DNA of 34,297 bases from an uncultured Chlorobiaceae bacterium (GCA_903929845.1 CAIYWF010000077.1:1-34297), one strand, 5' to 3'. Counted from the first letter of the stretch, positions 20,389-33,551 are shown. Numbers and translations are program-made. The notes: generated by a model not told the origin, from the letters alone.

Positions 20389-21468
20389 TTATTCTTGCAA
20401 CACCGGATAGTCCGTATATCCCTTGGGCCCGGGAGTATACAACGTCTCCATATCGGGTGTGTTCAGGGCGGCTCCGGTTTTCAATCGTTGAACAAGGTCA
20501 GGATTGGCAAGAAAACCCATACCAAAAGCAATAAGATCACCTTTCCCCGCAGCCAGATCGCTTTCGGCTCGACTGGCATCGTAACCTCCAGAAAGAATCA
20601 AGGTACCCTTGAAGGTATTGCGGAAGGTCGCCTTTATGCTGTCGTGCACGATCGGCGCCCCCATTGCAGAGTGATCCACGATGTGAATATACGCCGGAGC
20701 TGCAAGATTGAGCTGCTGGACCAGCCAGGTGTAATCATACGCCATATCGTCGTACAGCGGCACGTCATTGAAGACGCCGAATGGAGAAAGCCGGATGCCG
20801 ACCTTCTCTCTGCCAATCGCCGCATTAACCGCGTTGACCACTTCAAGCACAAAACGCGCACGGTTTTCTATCGTACCCCCATAACTGTCCGTGCGAAGGT
20901 TCGAATTCGGACGAATGAACTGTTCAAGCAGATAGCCGTTTGCGCCGTGCAGCTCAATGCCGTCAAACCCTGCTGCAACGGCATTTTTAGCGCCCTGAGC
21001 ATATTCGGAAACAGTAGATTTGATATCCTCAAGGGTCATCGCCTCAGGAACCGGAAAAGGCTTCATGCCACCGGCGTCTGTATACATTTCACCGGTAGCC
21101 GCAACGGCTGAAGGCGCAATGACGCGAGCGCCGGCAGGCATATTCAGAGGATGAGAAATTCGCCCGCTGTGCATGATCTGCAGAAATATCTTTGCACCCT
21201 TCTTGTGCACCGCTTCGGTAGTGGCTTTCCATCCCTCAACCTGGGCCTGGGAGAAGATGCCCGGTATGCGCGCGTAGCCCAAACCATTCGGCGAAGGAGA
21301 TGCCCCCTCCGTAATGATGAGCCCGGCCGTTCCGCGTTGTGCGTAATAGTCAGCCATGAGCGCATTGGGAATATTGTGGATGGCACGGCTGCGCGTCATC
21401 GGCGCCATGACCATGCGGTTCTGTAACACGAGCGAGCCAAGAGTAGTCGGGGTATAAAGTAAAGACAT
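20389..21468 (-). CDS. Old yellow enzyme family NADH:flavin oxidoreductase / alkene reductase (NemA-like)
   Basis: NRMVMAPMTRSRA, catalytic HGANGYL, NLRTDSYGG, RLSPF, GYTDYP; the ATG at 21468 (MSLLYTP) is preferred to the longer ORF start at 21498. Confidence 0.92.
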   Translation of the reverse strand: MSLLYTPTTLGSLVLQNRMVMAPMTRSRAIHNIPNALMADYYAQRGTAGLIITEGASPSPNGLGYARIPGIFSQAQVEGWKATTEAVHKKGAKIFLQIMHSGRISHPLNMPAGARVIAPSAVAATGEMYTDAGGMKPFPVPEAMTLEDIKSTVSEYAQGAKNAVAAGFDGIELHGANGYLLEQFIRPNSNLRTDSYGGTIENRARFVLEVVNAVNAAIGREKVGIRLSPFGVFNDVPLYDDMAYDYTWLVQQLNLAAPAYIHIVDHSAMGAPIVHDSIKATFRNTFKGTLILSGGYDASRAESDLAAGKGDLIAFGMGFLANPDLVQRLKTGAALNTPDMETLYTPGPKGYTDYPVLQE

Positions 21469-21628
21469 GGTAAAATCCTTTAAAAATGTTTGTTTCAACG
21501 AAAAGTCACTGCTGTTACGTTAGTTGCCCTTCAGAGGGGGGCGAAGCACAAGATACTCCTTTTCTGCCGAGCTGAAGCACGGCGCTCCCTGCGTCTGCAT
21601 GGAAAGATAACAATATCTTCAGTATTTA

Positions 21629-24870
<3,242 letters not shown>

Positions 24871-24871
<1 letters not shown>

Positions 24872-27800
24872 CAGTTGCCCTCCTTTGCTTCAAACATGAT
24901 GCGGTGAAAATCCTCTTCGATGAGGCGCACTTTCCAGAGGTCGCCGGGCTGCTTGAGGTTTTCGAGATTGTTGCCGCCGTTAACGTAGATGAGGGCAAAC
25001 TCGCTCTCCCTGGCTGCATAGCCCTGCAGGGTGAACCACTCGTCGAGCACAAGGTTATCCTGCTCCGGTTCACCAGTGAGTTTGCGCCAGATAATGAGCG
25101 CTTTGCGGCCATCGGGCACAGTGCCTGTGACGGTGCGGAACCAGTACGGAGCATCGGCCTCCGGCTTGAGGGGGCCATGCAGGCGCAGACGCTTTTCGCT
25201 GTCGCGCTCGAACAAGGCGCTGAAGCTTTGCGGGGCGGCAATCTTGCGAACAGTGAGGCCGACAAGCCAGTTGAAGCTCTCAAGGAGATCGATATTCACC
25301 TCGCTGCTCTCATCCGAACCGGGGCGCTTCACCTTGAGCTTGTAGGCCGTTGGGTCGGTGAATGCCTGCACATTGAGCAGCGACTGACTGCTGCGTGTCT
25401 CAACGTCAAGCATGTAACGGAGGATATACTGCTCCTTGAGGCTCTCCGCCCCCTGAGCTTCTGGAGAGTCAAGGGTGAGTTGCTGATGGCTGGTACGGCG
25501 CGGCTCAAGGTTGTTGAGGGCATCTTCGTAGGATTCAAGTTTCAGCACCTTGAAGGCGTGCGAGAGGCCTGTCTGCGGAGCGGTGGCTTTGCCATCTTTC
25601 CAGTCGGAGGAGTAGACAACTTTCTGGATGCGGGGTTTCAGGACGGTGTCGAAGTAATCGCCTTGCTCGACGAGGATGTATTTGCGTTTGCCCTGATCCT
25701 GGCGGTTGAGGGAGATGACGGCGTGAGCGGTTGTGCCGGAGCCTGCGAAGTAGTCGAGAGTAATATCATTGTTGACAGTGCCTTGTCCGACAAATGTCTT
25801 AATTAATTCTGAAGATTTTGGGAACATAAAAGGCTTTTCACCAAAAAAGGCGGAAAATTCTCTTGTCGCGATAGAGTTTAGTGGGGCATAACCAACAGCA
25901 ACTTTTTCAGAAGTAACAACATTGTTTTGAAGCCATGACGAAATTGGAGAAAACTCTGATTTTCGTTCCCATAAAAATTTTTTCAGCTTTGGCTTTTGGT
26001 GAAATGAATCAGGAAAAATGACTTTTGGAAGATGACGACCATCAACATTTCGTTGAATCATCTCTTCCATTTTTCGTTTTTCGTATGACCAAACCCTTGT
26101 TTCACTGCATTTAAAAATATTACCTGTTGCCGGATCAATTAAATCGTAATACAAAGAAGGGCGCTCGTCAATAGTTTTGTTGCACGTTAAATCTTGTGTT
26201 GTCCAAGGACCATCCGGATCATTATCAGGATTTGAAAATTTTGAATCATCCTTTTGTAGCCCACGATATTTTCCTGACTGACTTTTTGCAGCGGTAACAA
26301 CATATTCATGCTCTATAGCTAATCCCGAACCTTGACCCGCAGACATGTCTCCACCAGAACGTTTTTTCCAAACAAACTCACCAAGTAAAGAATCTTGCCC
26401 TATTAATTTTTTAACTAAAAATCTAAGATTGGTGATCTCGGATTCATCAATGCTGATAAAAATCAATCCATCAAGAGATACAAGAGATAAACTATACTCC
26501 AGTCTATCGCAAAGCATTGATAACCAACTGGAATGCTGGTAACTATCCTTGTAAGGAAACCCGTCTCCCCCTGTGTTATACGGCGGATCAATATAAACAC
26601 ACTTCACCTGCTCCCGATACCTCGCCTGCAGCAGATTCAATCCATGAAAATTATCCCCATGAATCAGCAACCCGTCAAGGGTTTCATCCAGATTTTCAAC
26701 GGTTGAGAGTAATCTGCGCTTGAACGCCTCGTCAAAAAGCGCAGTATCGACCATCAAAAAGGGATGCGCCTCAAGGTAGCCAACGCTGCCGACTTCAGCC
26801 TGACTGAAGAGGTCGGGCTGGTCAACATTGGCCGTCTCAAGCATCCCGAGCGTTCGCCACTGCTCCCACTGCTTCGGGTTGGCGGCAATCTCCCCATAAA
26901 ACTCCGCCGGTATGCGGTCGAGCGTCATGCAGTAGCGGGTCTCGACCACAAACTTTTTCTTCAGCCAGAGCCTCTTCTGGAAATTCTCCAGTTGGGCAAG
27001 AAAATCGATGATCTTGCCTGCGATTTTGCGGATCACCTTGATCTTCGAGAGGTACTGCTCAACACGGGGAGCGCTCTCGTTTTCGATATCGTCGAGGTGC
27101 ATCACCTCGTTCTTGATGAAAAAGTCAAGCTCGCGGCGCAAGAATCCACCAAGATCTTTGTGAATGAAGTAGTCGAAGGTGTTGCGTGCGGTGTAGCGAT
27201 CGAGATGGAGGCGCAGGCGCGTGCCGGAAGAGCTGCCATCACTCCTGACGTTCGGCTTGCCAAGCTCGGTGATCCACGCTTTCAGTGAAGCATCGTCCAT
27301 TGCCGCAATGACCTCTTCTGCCGCTGCATTCAGCTCCTTCTGCTTTGCCGTATCGGGCTGATAGGTGAAGCGGATCATGAGTTCGCCATCCTCAAGGGTG
27401 ACGGGATTCTCTTCGGCAAGTTTGAAGCGCCTCTCCTTGCCTTCGGAGGCTTTTACGTTGCCATGCTCGCCCTCGGCCACATCCGCCAGCCGGAAGTGTA
27501 CGCACATGGGCTTCTCCTCCAGGTCGGGGCGCAAACGGAAGGCGTAATCGCGCAGGTACTCGCTGGTTTTGATGTAGTACTGATCCTTGTTGGCCCAGTG
27601 GAGCATCACCTCTTCGCCTTCGTAAGGAATGGCGTACACACCCGGCTTATAGACACGTTTGGCAAGGAAGTCGCCCTCGGAGTAGTAGCGACGGAAAAAG
27701 CTGAACAGGTGGTCGTACACCTCGCTCTCAAGCCGCCCCACATCCACGCCGTCGTTTTTGAGCTGCTCGCGCAACGCCTGCACCTTTGGCGATTGCTCAG

Positions 27801-28047
27801 GCTCCATGCCCGCCGCCTCCACGCCAGCGATGACTTTGTTCAGCTCCCGCTCCATCTCAGCCTTGTCGGCGCTCCTGAACTGGCCGAATGCCGCCGTCAC
27901 CTGCGGCAGCAGCTCCTTGTCGAGAAACTGCGTCACCTCCGCGCTTTTGGCGTGCATGATGCGGTAGAGACCAAAATCGAGGTCAGGCTGGTCGAGCTGA
28001 AACAGCTCAATCAACAGGGTCTTCAGCTTGTCGTAGTTCCGGGTCAT
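24871..28047 (-). CDS. mod: Type III R-M Mod subunit, amino (probably N6-adenine) DNA methyltransferase, long form
   Basis: [14 protein letters not shown] (~26580) and [14 protein letters not shown] (~25740) in beta-class order; translationally coupled to res. Confidence 0.9.
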
Positions 28048-28098
28048 AAGATAGTTTCTTCTTTGTTCTCCCCTGTTGGGAGATTATTCTGCTGCGCT

Positions 28099-28234
28099 TC
28101 AGGTCAAAAAAAATTTTCCTGTCTCTCCATGTTGGTTTTGCCTTGTCGAGTAAGCTTTCTTTTTCAGGGTTCCAGATATCAGAGGATCAGATTTTCAGGA
28201 AGAGTGACTGGAACGAATCACTCGAAAACCAACA
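28099..28234 (-). repeat. Copy 1 of a ~135-bp direct repeat (VR 3' end plus non-coding trailer) shared by both DGR targets
   Basis: Aligns to 34160-34297 with about 12 mismatches and one 2-nt gap (manual count). Confidence 0.93.
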
Positions 28235-31182
28235 CTGCTGACGACCCTGCCGTCCGGATAGACGTAGTAGAGCCGGGAGGAGCAGCGCAGAGCATCAGTA
28301 TTATCGCTATAATACGCTCCACCTCGCAACGCACGGGGGGCACTGAAACCATAGAGACGTTTGTTCTCTATACTCCAAAGAATTGTGAAAATCACCGAAA
28401 AAGCCATCGAACGCAACCCGAAACCATAGTTATTCTCCATCCACTCCCACACATTACCGGCCATGTCGTACAACCCTTCCGGAGTTACACCTTCAGGATA
28501 ACGGCCAACCGCTGTTGTAACCCCTTCGTTTTTCCCGTAATTGGCTCGGGTTGATGATGGCGCCTCTTCACCCCAGGGATAGCATCTGCTCTCTTTACCA
28601 CCTGCGGCATATTCCCACTCCACCTCCGTTGGCAAGCGATAGAGGCCAGCGTTTCCGCCATTGCTTTCAAGCAGCGAGAGCCAGAGGCAGTAGGCACGCG
28701 CTGCATACCAGCTTATGCCAATCACCGGCTGTTCATCCCCGTTAAATTTTCTGTCGTCATCAAAATAGGAACGAAAGAGCTTTGCCAGATTATCTTTGCC
28801 TTTCAGATAACGGCGAAATCCCCCGGCACCTTGCGCCATGATGCTCAACTGCTCTTTATAGCGTTCAAGTGGCAGAATAGTGGCAAAGTGAGCCTCATTT
28901 CCCTCAAGGTAAGCAATAAAGCGACGGTAAAGCTGGTTGGTCACGGTGTATCGGGCAACGTGGAAGTCTGGCACCGTCCGTTGCTTTTTCTTGACTGAGT
29001 AGACAAACGAACCGCCTTCGATCAAGACATAAGGTGCGCCTTGCCTATCGACCACACCTGTTACCGTAAAGTCAGCGGCACGGCGGCGAATGTCGTCGCC
29101 TTTGGCATGATTCTGCTCAATAAACTGCCGCACAACATCTCCTGCTGCCTGATGCCTGCTTATTTGCAAACATTTCAACAAATAACGCTGCTGGTTTGCG
29201 GTTGTCGCCGGGTGAAGCAGTTTGGCATAGAGAGCTCCAGGCTCTTCCTTCGGCCTTTCCTGCATAATACGTTCCAGCAAATCCTGCTGCTCCTGCGAAA
29301 AATCCACGCTGACCGGAGAGTCAAACAGTTGCCCCAGAAACGCATTGAAGGTAACAGCACTCGCCTTCGCTGCAAAAAAGCAGATCGGCTCTTTCCACCA
29401 GGCTTCACCAAAATGTGCGGCCAGCTCACTGAGATACTTCCTCTCTACATTTATCTCCCTGTCGAGAGGATCCACCTGGAGAAGCTCAATATTTTTTACA
29501 AGCTGAACCGCCGCCATATACTCGCGGAATGATTTATGGCGGAACAGATACTCCTTTTCGCCATACTCCACCAGCAACCCTGCCCGATCGACAAGGTTTT
29601 GGCAAAATATCGCTGGCGTTGGGGTATCAGAATGCTTGATCAATTCAGCCTGCAACCGCTGATGCATTGTCTCTCTCTCCACTTCATCCTTCTCCAGCTC
29701 TTCCTGCATCCAGAGCGACACCGGCATCAGGACATCAAGCGCCTGATCAGCGGCAAGCAAAGGGATGTTCCCTATTTGTCTCTCCCTTTCATCAAGAATG
29801 TAGTTCAATGCTTTTCCGTACAACTCCACACGACTGGATGGCAGATCCTCCTTGTTTTTCCAGAGCATGGCCATAATCTGCAACAAAAGGGGAATACCGG
29901 CCAGCGACTGCAAACTTTTATATTCTTCGGCTTTTAAAACGGTGATGATTCCCTCTGCTTTGGTTGCCGCTTTTTCTTTCTGACTCTTTTGCCATGCCGC
30001 TGTTTTATCGGCAAAAGGAGCTTCAGCTTCAAGAAATGCTGCTTCAAACCAGCGATGTAAAAAAATGTTCTGCTGATAAGGCGTAAAATCCATGATGTCA
30101 ACCCGTTCTGGTTCAGGCTCAAGCTTAATCTTGTCAACCTTTCTGAGCCCTGAAGGTCTTGAGGTAATAACAAAATATGCCTTTGGAAAGCTGATCACGG
30201 CGTTGTCAATCCAGCCACACACCCTTATTCGCTCCGCAATGTCACTGATTTCATCAAGTCCATCAAGCAAAACAAGGGTTGTGGTTGAATGAAGCCAATC
30301 GGAAAAAACATCCTCCCCGATAGCGTGAGAATGCCTTTCAGAAAAGGCCCAGAGATTTGCAGGAAGCAATGCGAACTTTTCTCCACTCTTCGTCAGCTCA
30401 CGTAGCGGCAGATAAAAGAGCAACTTTGGTACGCGAAAGCCTCGCCGTTCAAGAGGCTTTGTGTCGAGGCATAACAAAGCATAATAGTAGAGGAGCGTTG
30501 TCTTTCCTGAACCGGGTTCACCAACAACAAGCAGCTTTCTGTACTTTTTTTTGAAGGCAATTCGCAGAACCTCTTCTGGAGAGCGGATGCCATCGTTTCT
30601 CTGATTGTTATAGCTACTGCCCGGCATGAAACGTGTTTCATTTCGCAAGGTGTCGGAGAGACGCAACGGAACAAAAGTATCGGCAAGAGTCACGGAAACA
30701 CTGTCAAAGGCAGTTGTTGAGAGTGATTGCTTTTGAATTTGCTCTCTGAGAGTCGCCTTGTGACGTTCTGCAAAGCCTTCAAGCTGCTTCTTTCTTGCAA
30801 ATTTTGTGCTCAGAATCGGGTAAATCCATTTAAAAAAAGCCCATATCGCGGTAATTAGGGCAATAACTACGGTGGCAATCACACCAATCAGCGTGATAAT
30901 ATTTCCAGTATCCAAGCGTACACCAAAGATTTGAATAATCGCATCAGTGTTTCCTTTGACCGTCAAACCATCCTCCTTCAACACTCCCTTGCCATCCGCT
31001 TTTTCGGGATTTGCTGTTTTTGTGGCGGCGACAGACGTAACATTCGACGGCTTTGCACTCTCACCTTTTGCCACAACAATACCGCCAGCGCCTGCCAAAA
31101 TAACAAGGACAAGCAAGAGCGCTCTGCTTATGCGGCTAATGCACTTCACTGATTCCGAAACAGTCGAGCAAGAAAAAGCCAT
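28195..31182 (-). CDS. DGR target 1: N-terminal signal/TM segments, NACHT (STAND) NTPase and C-terminal FGE-sulfatase/CLec-fold domain carrying the variable repeat
   Basis: Hydrophobic segments at ~31070-31123 and ~30820-30903; Walker A GEPGSGKTT, Walker B LVLLDGLDE, ITSRP, GIPLLL, FRHKSFREY; FGE motifs VTN..Y..F, YRLPTEVEWEYAA, GLYDMAGNVWEW, LRGG, VGFR. Confidence 0.92.
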   Translation of the reverse strand: MAFSCSTVSESVKCISRISRALLLVLVILAGAGGIVVAKGESAKPSNVTSVAATKTANPEKADGKGVLKEDGLTVKGNTDAIIQIFGVRLDTGNIITLIGVIATVVIALITAIWAFFKWIYPILSTKFARKKQLEGFAERHKATLREQIQKQSLSTTAFDSVSVTLADTFVPLRLSDTLRNETRFMPGSSYNNQRNDGIRSPEEVLRIAFKKKYRKLLVVGEPGSGKTTLLYYYALLCLDTKPLERRGFRVPKLLFYLPLRELTKSGEKFALLPANLWAFSERHSHAIGEDVFSDWLHSTTTLVLLDGLDEISDIAERIRVCGWIDNAVISFPKAYFVITSRPSGLRKVDKIKLEPEPERVDIMDFTPYQQNIFLHRWFEAAFLEAEAPFADKTAAWQKSQKEKAATKAEGIITVLKAEEYKSLQSLAGIPLLLQIMAMLWKNKEDLPSSRVELYGKALNYILDERERQIGNIPLLAADQALDVLMPVSLWMQEELEKDEVERETMHQRLQAELIKHSDTPTPAIFCQNLVDRAGLLVEYGEKEYLFRHKSFREYMAAVQLVKNIELLQVDPLDREINVERKYLSELAAHFGEAWWKEPICFFAAKASAVTFNAFLGQLFDSPVSVDFSQEQQDLLERIMQERPKEEPGALYAKLLHPATTANQQRYLLKCLQISRHQAAGDVVRQFIEQNHAKGDDIRRRAADFTVTGVVDRQGAPYVLIEGGSFVYSVKKKQRTVPDFHVARYTVTNQLYRRFIAYLEGNEAHFATILPLERYKEQLSIMAQGAGGFRRYLKGKDNLAKLFRSYFDDDRKFNGDEQPVIGISWYAARAYCLWLSLLESNGGNAGLYRLPTEVEWEYAAGGKESRCYPWGEEAPSSTRANYGKNEGVTTAVGRYPEGVTPEGLYDMAGNVWEWMENNYGFGLRSMAFSVIFTILWSIENKRLYGFSAPRALRGGAYYSDNTDALRCSSRLYYVYPDGRVVSSVGFRVIRSSHSS
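28205..28298 (-). repeat. DGR variable repeat VR1
   Basis: Matches TR 33552-33642; all substitutions fall on TR adenines (AAC>GGC, GTC, GTC, AGC; AAT>AGT, TAT, etc.), plus one extra NNC codon. Confidence 0.96.
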
Positions 31183-31311
31183 AGCACCGGTGTTGTGGAT
31201 GACAAGGTGAAAAAATGCGTAAGTGAATATAGGATAATCGGTCGCGAATAGAAACAGAAGAGAGGATCTCCTGCAACGATAATTGTCGCTTGGATATTCG
31301 GAGGGAAAAAC

Positions 31312-32202
31312 TTACAACCTCTGCACAACTGCCTTCGGCAAATCAATACAACGTGAGATCGTTTCGATGTCAACACCTGCATCTTTCAGCTTTTTTGCAT
31401 CTTCAAGCGCCTTTTGCTGAATTCCCTGAACGATGCCTTCAGCCTTCCCCTCAACCTTGCCCTCAGCTTTACCCTCATCATAAGCGGTATCGACGACATT
31501 CTTCAGGTCTCGATAAATTTTGAGGCTCTCTTCATAGGCCGCCGCCTCCACACTCGAATACCGGGCAATTTCAGCCAGTTCAAAGACTTTGCTGAAAACC
31601 TTCTCCTGAAGACGGGCTGGGCGGTCGGTCAGTTCGGGAAGATGGCGAAGCAAAAAGCACCATTTATCGAAGTCGCTGACAAGATCCTCAATCGTTTTCG
31701 TGAACTTGGGAAGTTCAAGGTAAATAAAGGTCAATTTCTCGGAAAAGACTGCGCCCGTTGAACGATCAACCAGCTTTACTTCATGGTGGACGACCTCGTT
31801 ATCGGCTTTATCTTCATCAAAAACAAAATCAAGAATACCTACCATGTAGACCGACTTCAGGCAGAAATTCCATGATCCGCTTTGAGCCTGCTGTTGAATG
31901 GGAAACGTAGCATAGAAAATTGAGCGGTCTTTGAAGTAGTTCTGCTTTGCACGCTGCATCTCTACAATAAATTTTTCACCCTTTTCATTTTCACAGTAAA
32001 GGTCAAAAATTGCCCGCCGGTCGTATTCACTACGCCCAACCTGCTCATTTGGCAAAAATGAAAGGTCTGAAACGACTCCTGCCTCGACAGGCAGTAACGT
32101 ATTCAAAAACGCTATCAGAAGGTCTTTGTTTACCTCAGAACCAAAGATTTTCTTGAAACCAAAATCAGTGAAGGGGTTTATGTAGCGATCTTTTAACAGC
32201 AT
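31312..32202 (-). CDS. Rpn family PD-(D/E)XK nuclease / putative transposase
   Basis: YINPFTDFGFKKIFG, IFDLYC..FIVEMQ, YLELPKF, C-terminal EGKAEGKVEGKAEG repeats and short helical tail. Confidence 0.9.
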   Translation of the reverse strand: MLLKDRYINPFTDFGFKKIFGSEVNKDLLIAFLNTLLPVEAGVVSDLSFLPNEQVGRSEYDRRAIFDLYCENEKGEKFIVEMQRAKQNYFKDRSIFYATFPIQQQAQSGSWNFCLKSVYMVGILDFVFDEDKADNEVVHHEVKLVDRSTGAVFSEKLTFIYLELPKFTKTIEDLVSDFDKWCFLLRHLPELTDRPARLQEKVFSKVFELAEIARYSSVEAAAYEESLKIYRDLKNVVDTAYDEGKAEGKVEGKAEGIVQGIQQKALEDAKKLKDAGVDIETISRCIDLPKAVVQRL

Positions 32203-32241
32203 CTTGTCATCACTTGTTGAACTGAATATGCAATGAATTCC

Positions 32242-33357
32242 TTATTTGCTGTAATATAGGAAGTCAGAGGTGTTAAGCAATGAGCCTCGACACGATGTTG
32301 AAGTGTATTTTTTTTGTAATGAATAACCACTCAATATTCTTCCCGAAATCAACCGCAACAAATTGCGGGTATCGGCCTGACGCGCATGGCCAACCCACCC
32401 TGAAAGAATCTGCCTGATGTTGTCAGGCTTTGCAATCAGGGCGCACTGAATCCGTCTCTTCGCCCTGCGAACATTATCGGCAGGGAGCAGCCGATGTGAC
32501 TGAAAGACCTTCTGGCCAAGAAAACACTTCCCTTCTTTCGAGGGATAAAGCTCTGTTCTCTGCGGGTTGAGTATCAAGCGGTACTGCTCCAGAAACTGAT
32601 CGATGGCTTTTTTCCACTCCCACAAATCCTGCTTGCTGTCAGAAAACAAGACACCGTCATCAACATATCGCACGTAGCCTTTGCAGTGTAACACCTCTTT
32701 GACATAGTGGTCAAGAAAGCTGAGGTAGTAGTTGGCAAACCACTGGCTGGTAAGATTTCCAATTGGCAGACCTCGTCTTCTTTCATGCGGGGTAAAGAGG
32801 GTATCGCCGGGGAAATAGTGAAGATGCTCAACTTGCGGATTGCTGTTGTCGATGATGGTTTCAATCAGCCAGAGGGTATCGGCGCAGGCAATTTTACGCC
32901 GGAGCAGTGATTTGAGAATCTCATGGTCTATGGAGGGAAAGTATTTTCGGATATCGCATTTCAACACGAAGGCGTACTTTTTCAGGTAGTGCTGGTAACG
33001 CTCAATTGCCTTGTGTGTCCCTTTGCCGGTTCTGTTGGCGTAAGTATCGAAGATAAAGCTCCGCTCCAGAATGGGGCCGACGACAGCGATAAGTGCATGA
33101 TGCACCACACGATCCCGAAATGGGGCGGCGCTGATCTGGCGGGGTTTTGACTTATAAATGCTGAAGCTCTTGTAGGTGCCAGGCTTATAGTTTTTGTTGC
33201 GCAGCTCCGAAATAATCTGCCAGAGGTTTTCCTCAAAATGGTTATAAAACTTCAGCACAGACTGCTGTTCCTGCTTCCCTTTCGCTGCCTTTTGAGCTGC
33301 CGAAAGCACGTTTTCAAAAGCAACGATACTCTCAAAAAGGTTTTTGCTGGTTTTCAT
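32242..33357 (-). CDS. DGR reverse transcriptase
   Basis: FRDRVVHHAL, KCDIRKYFPSIDH, GLPIGNLTSQWFANYYL, YVRYVDD and FLG motifs; ~371 aa from the likely ATG at 33357 (ORF open to 33402); no maturase/endonuclease extension; adjacent to TR and avd. Confidence 0.95.
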   Translation of the reverse strand: MKTSKNLFESIVAFENVLSAAQKAAKGKQEQQSVLKFYNHFEENLWQIISELRNKNYKPGTYKSFSIYKSKPRQISAAPFRDRVVHHALIAVVGPILERSFIFDTYANRTGKGTHKAIERYQHYLKKYAFVLKCDIRKYFPSIDHEILKSLLRRKIACADTLWLIETIIDNSNPQVEHLHYFPGDTLFTPHERRRGLPIGNLTSQWFANYYLSFLDHYVKEVLHCKGYVRYVDDGVLFSDSKQDLWEWKKAIDQFLEQYRLILNPQRTELYPSKEGKCFLGQKVFQSHRLLPADNVRRAKRRIQCALIAKPDNIRQILSGWVGHARQADTRNLLRLISGRILSGYSLQKKYTSTSCRGSLLNTSDFLYYSK

Positions 33358-33551
33358 GGCGTTGGCAAAAAAAACAGGCCCCTCTTTCAATTGCTTACTC
33401 AAGCGACCTGTTTTGTCTGTTCTGTTTGTGCCCGCCCCACCACTGGGTGGCGACGTGCCTCAGGAGAAAGAGCCCGATGTCATGCCCAAAAACTGTCCAG
33501 TCTTCCTTGAAAGAGCGGCATCAGGATGGGCTTTTCACTCATAAAAGGGCA

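Noticed and set aside
19792-21111. 439-aa plus-strand ORF
   Set aside because: Overlaps cbiM and the reductase antisense and the ferredoxin out of frame; no motifs.
28067-28083. TCTCCC/GGGAGA hairpin as the DGR target hairpin
   Set aside because: Lies ~110 nt from the stop, outside the shared trailer, and is absent behind target 2.
31500-31555. Internal Rpn-S antitoxin start after a GGAGG motif
   Set aside because: The ATG following GGAGG is out of frame and gives only 10 codons; no in-frame Met in the C-terminal domain.
32242-33402. RT as group II intron, retron or Abi RT
   Set aside because: Short RT with no maturase/endonuclease extension; adjacent avd and an adenine-specific TR/VR pair identify it as DGR.
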